NCBI GenBank assembly: GCA_964188305.1
Contig: OZ076894.1
Origin: Podarcis bocagei
Lineage: Eukaryota
Direction: 5' to 3' (one strand)
Length of the DNA stretch: 64,000 nt
Below are positions 62,793-64,000 of this stretch, piece by piece. The notes beneath the pieces were generated by a model. The model did not search any database. It saw only the letters and a program-made list of their open reading frames with translations, and was not told the origin of the DNA. The stretch's first letter is position 1. Every line of letters starts with the position of its first letter. Position numbers and translations under genes: made by a program.

Positions 62793-64000
62793 AAAACATT
62801 GCATGAAGCAACGGGTGATGGGATGAGGAACTATTTGCTATTGTCAAGCTGTGTTAAAGGCACAGCAGCAGCTGGTATCAGTAAGGAAGCTTACATCTAA
62901 CGTGCTTTGTCAAAAGCAAGTTTCTTAAAAAGTGCTATGAAGTACCACTATTATCCAGTAATAAAATCTACCCCTCTGTTGGCTGGATATGCCTTTACCT
63001 CACAACCTTCATCAGTAGGTTGTGCATATACATCTGCATTGGATTATCTGCTCTCATACAGTAATTCTAGTATAAACACCTGAGAGCATCAATGCTCCGA
63101 TAATTTGTGAAGACACCGCAGACGTGACTGTGTGATTTAAACAGCAGTCAATCAAGTGAACAGCCTGAATTCCAGGCTTAACAGCTGCTCAGATAGGATC
63201 ACACTTCAAACTGAATCTGGAGCAACTCCTGGTGAATGATGGCCCTTTAAGGATTTTAAGGCCACATACATAACTCTTCTACTAGTAGATGGGTATGAGC
63301 TTTGGCTGAGGTCCTCAAACCACTGACTTCAGAGTAGTGCACTGGCAGTCACCTGCTGCTGCTGCTGCTGCTTCTTCTTTTGCAGTCATTTTAGCCATAA
63401 TTACAGGCCCTAAGGAGGTCTGGTTGGATTCAAAGAAGCTTCTGTTTAGGGATCTTGGTTCGTTTTGCCCACAGCAGACTGGGAGTTCCTGCCAAAATCT
63501 GCTTGTTTACATTAAAATTACCTTGGGATGTAAAAAAGAAAAAGAAAAAGATCATCTGCAGCACAAGTTTTTCACAGACTGGAAGGTGCTGTGATAGGGA
63601 GCTATCATTGCTCATGGTACATCTATTCAATTCCCTTCCTGTTTCACCCAGGGTGCTCCTGGACTGTTGCTGTTTTCAGGACTTAGTTGCATACTGGCAA
63701 ATTCAGGCAGCACAATTATAGTTTACTGGGAGATCTGGCGGAACAAACCTGCTTCCTCAAAAGATCTGACTTTTTGAAAAAGGAAAGTGACTGGAAAGTA
63801 TGGGGTAACACTTGCTTTGACACAACATCATGTAACCGCCCTGCAAACACATCAGAATGAATGCTAAATAGCCAGATTGTCTGCAAGTACCCACAGTCCC
63901 CGGGCAAACAGATTCTGCAGATTTTACAAAATTATAAAACCTTTTTGATGAGATAGCCTAGTGTGGAATAAAAGCATGAATTTGAGTCTTGCACCAAAAA

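Overview
Eukaryotic, non-coding (intronic or intergenic) DNA from a squamate reptile, most likely a lacertid lizard (inferred from Sauria SINEs, BovB, CR1 and Squam3/MIR-like SINEs). I found no host protein-coding exon I can support; nearly all ORFs in the track are chance ORFs or translated repeats. The window is a dense mosaic of transposable elements, many with readable TIRs and target-site duplications (TSDs): four Sauria SINEs, five copies of a Tigger/pogo-type MITE (one with a related MITE nested inside), many hAT MITEs with 8-bp TSDs, PIF/Harbinger-like MITEs, CR1/L2/L1/BovB LINE 3' fragments, tRNA- and 5S-derived SINEs, and a solo LTR. The most notable observations are: (1) a Penelope-like insertion forming a perfect 79-bp hairpin that carries an intact minimal hammerhead ribozyme on the minus strand; (2) an identical 268-bp non-tandem local duplication; (3) a solo LTR with a compact CTCF/octamer/CRE/CCAAT/TATA cassette; (4) a candidate non-coding exon next to a (TG)19 tract; (5) a pre-miRNA-sized hairpin in apparently unique sequence. 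Coordinates were counted by hand, and family names come from motif recognition, not database searches. I do not see a clearly novel multi-gene system.
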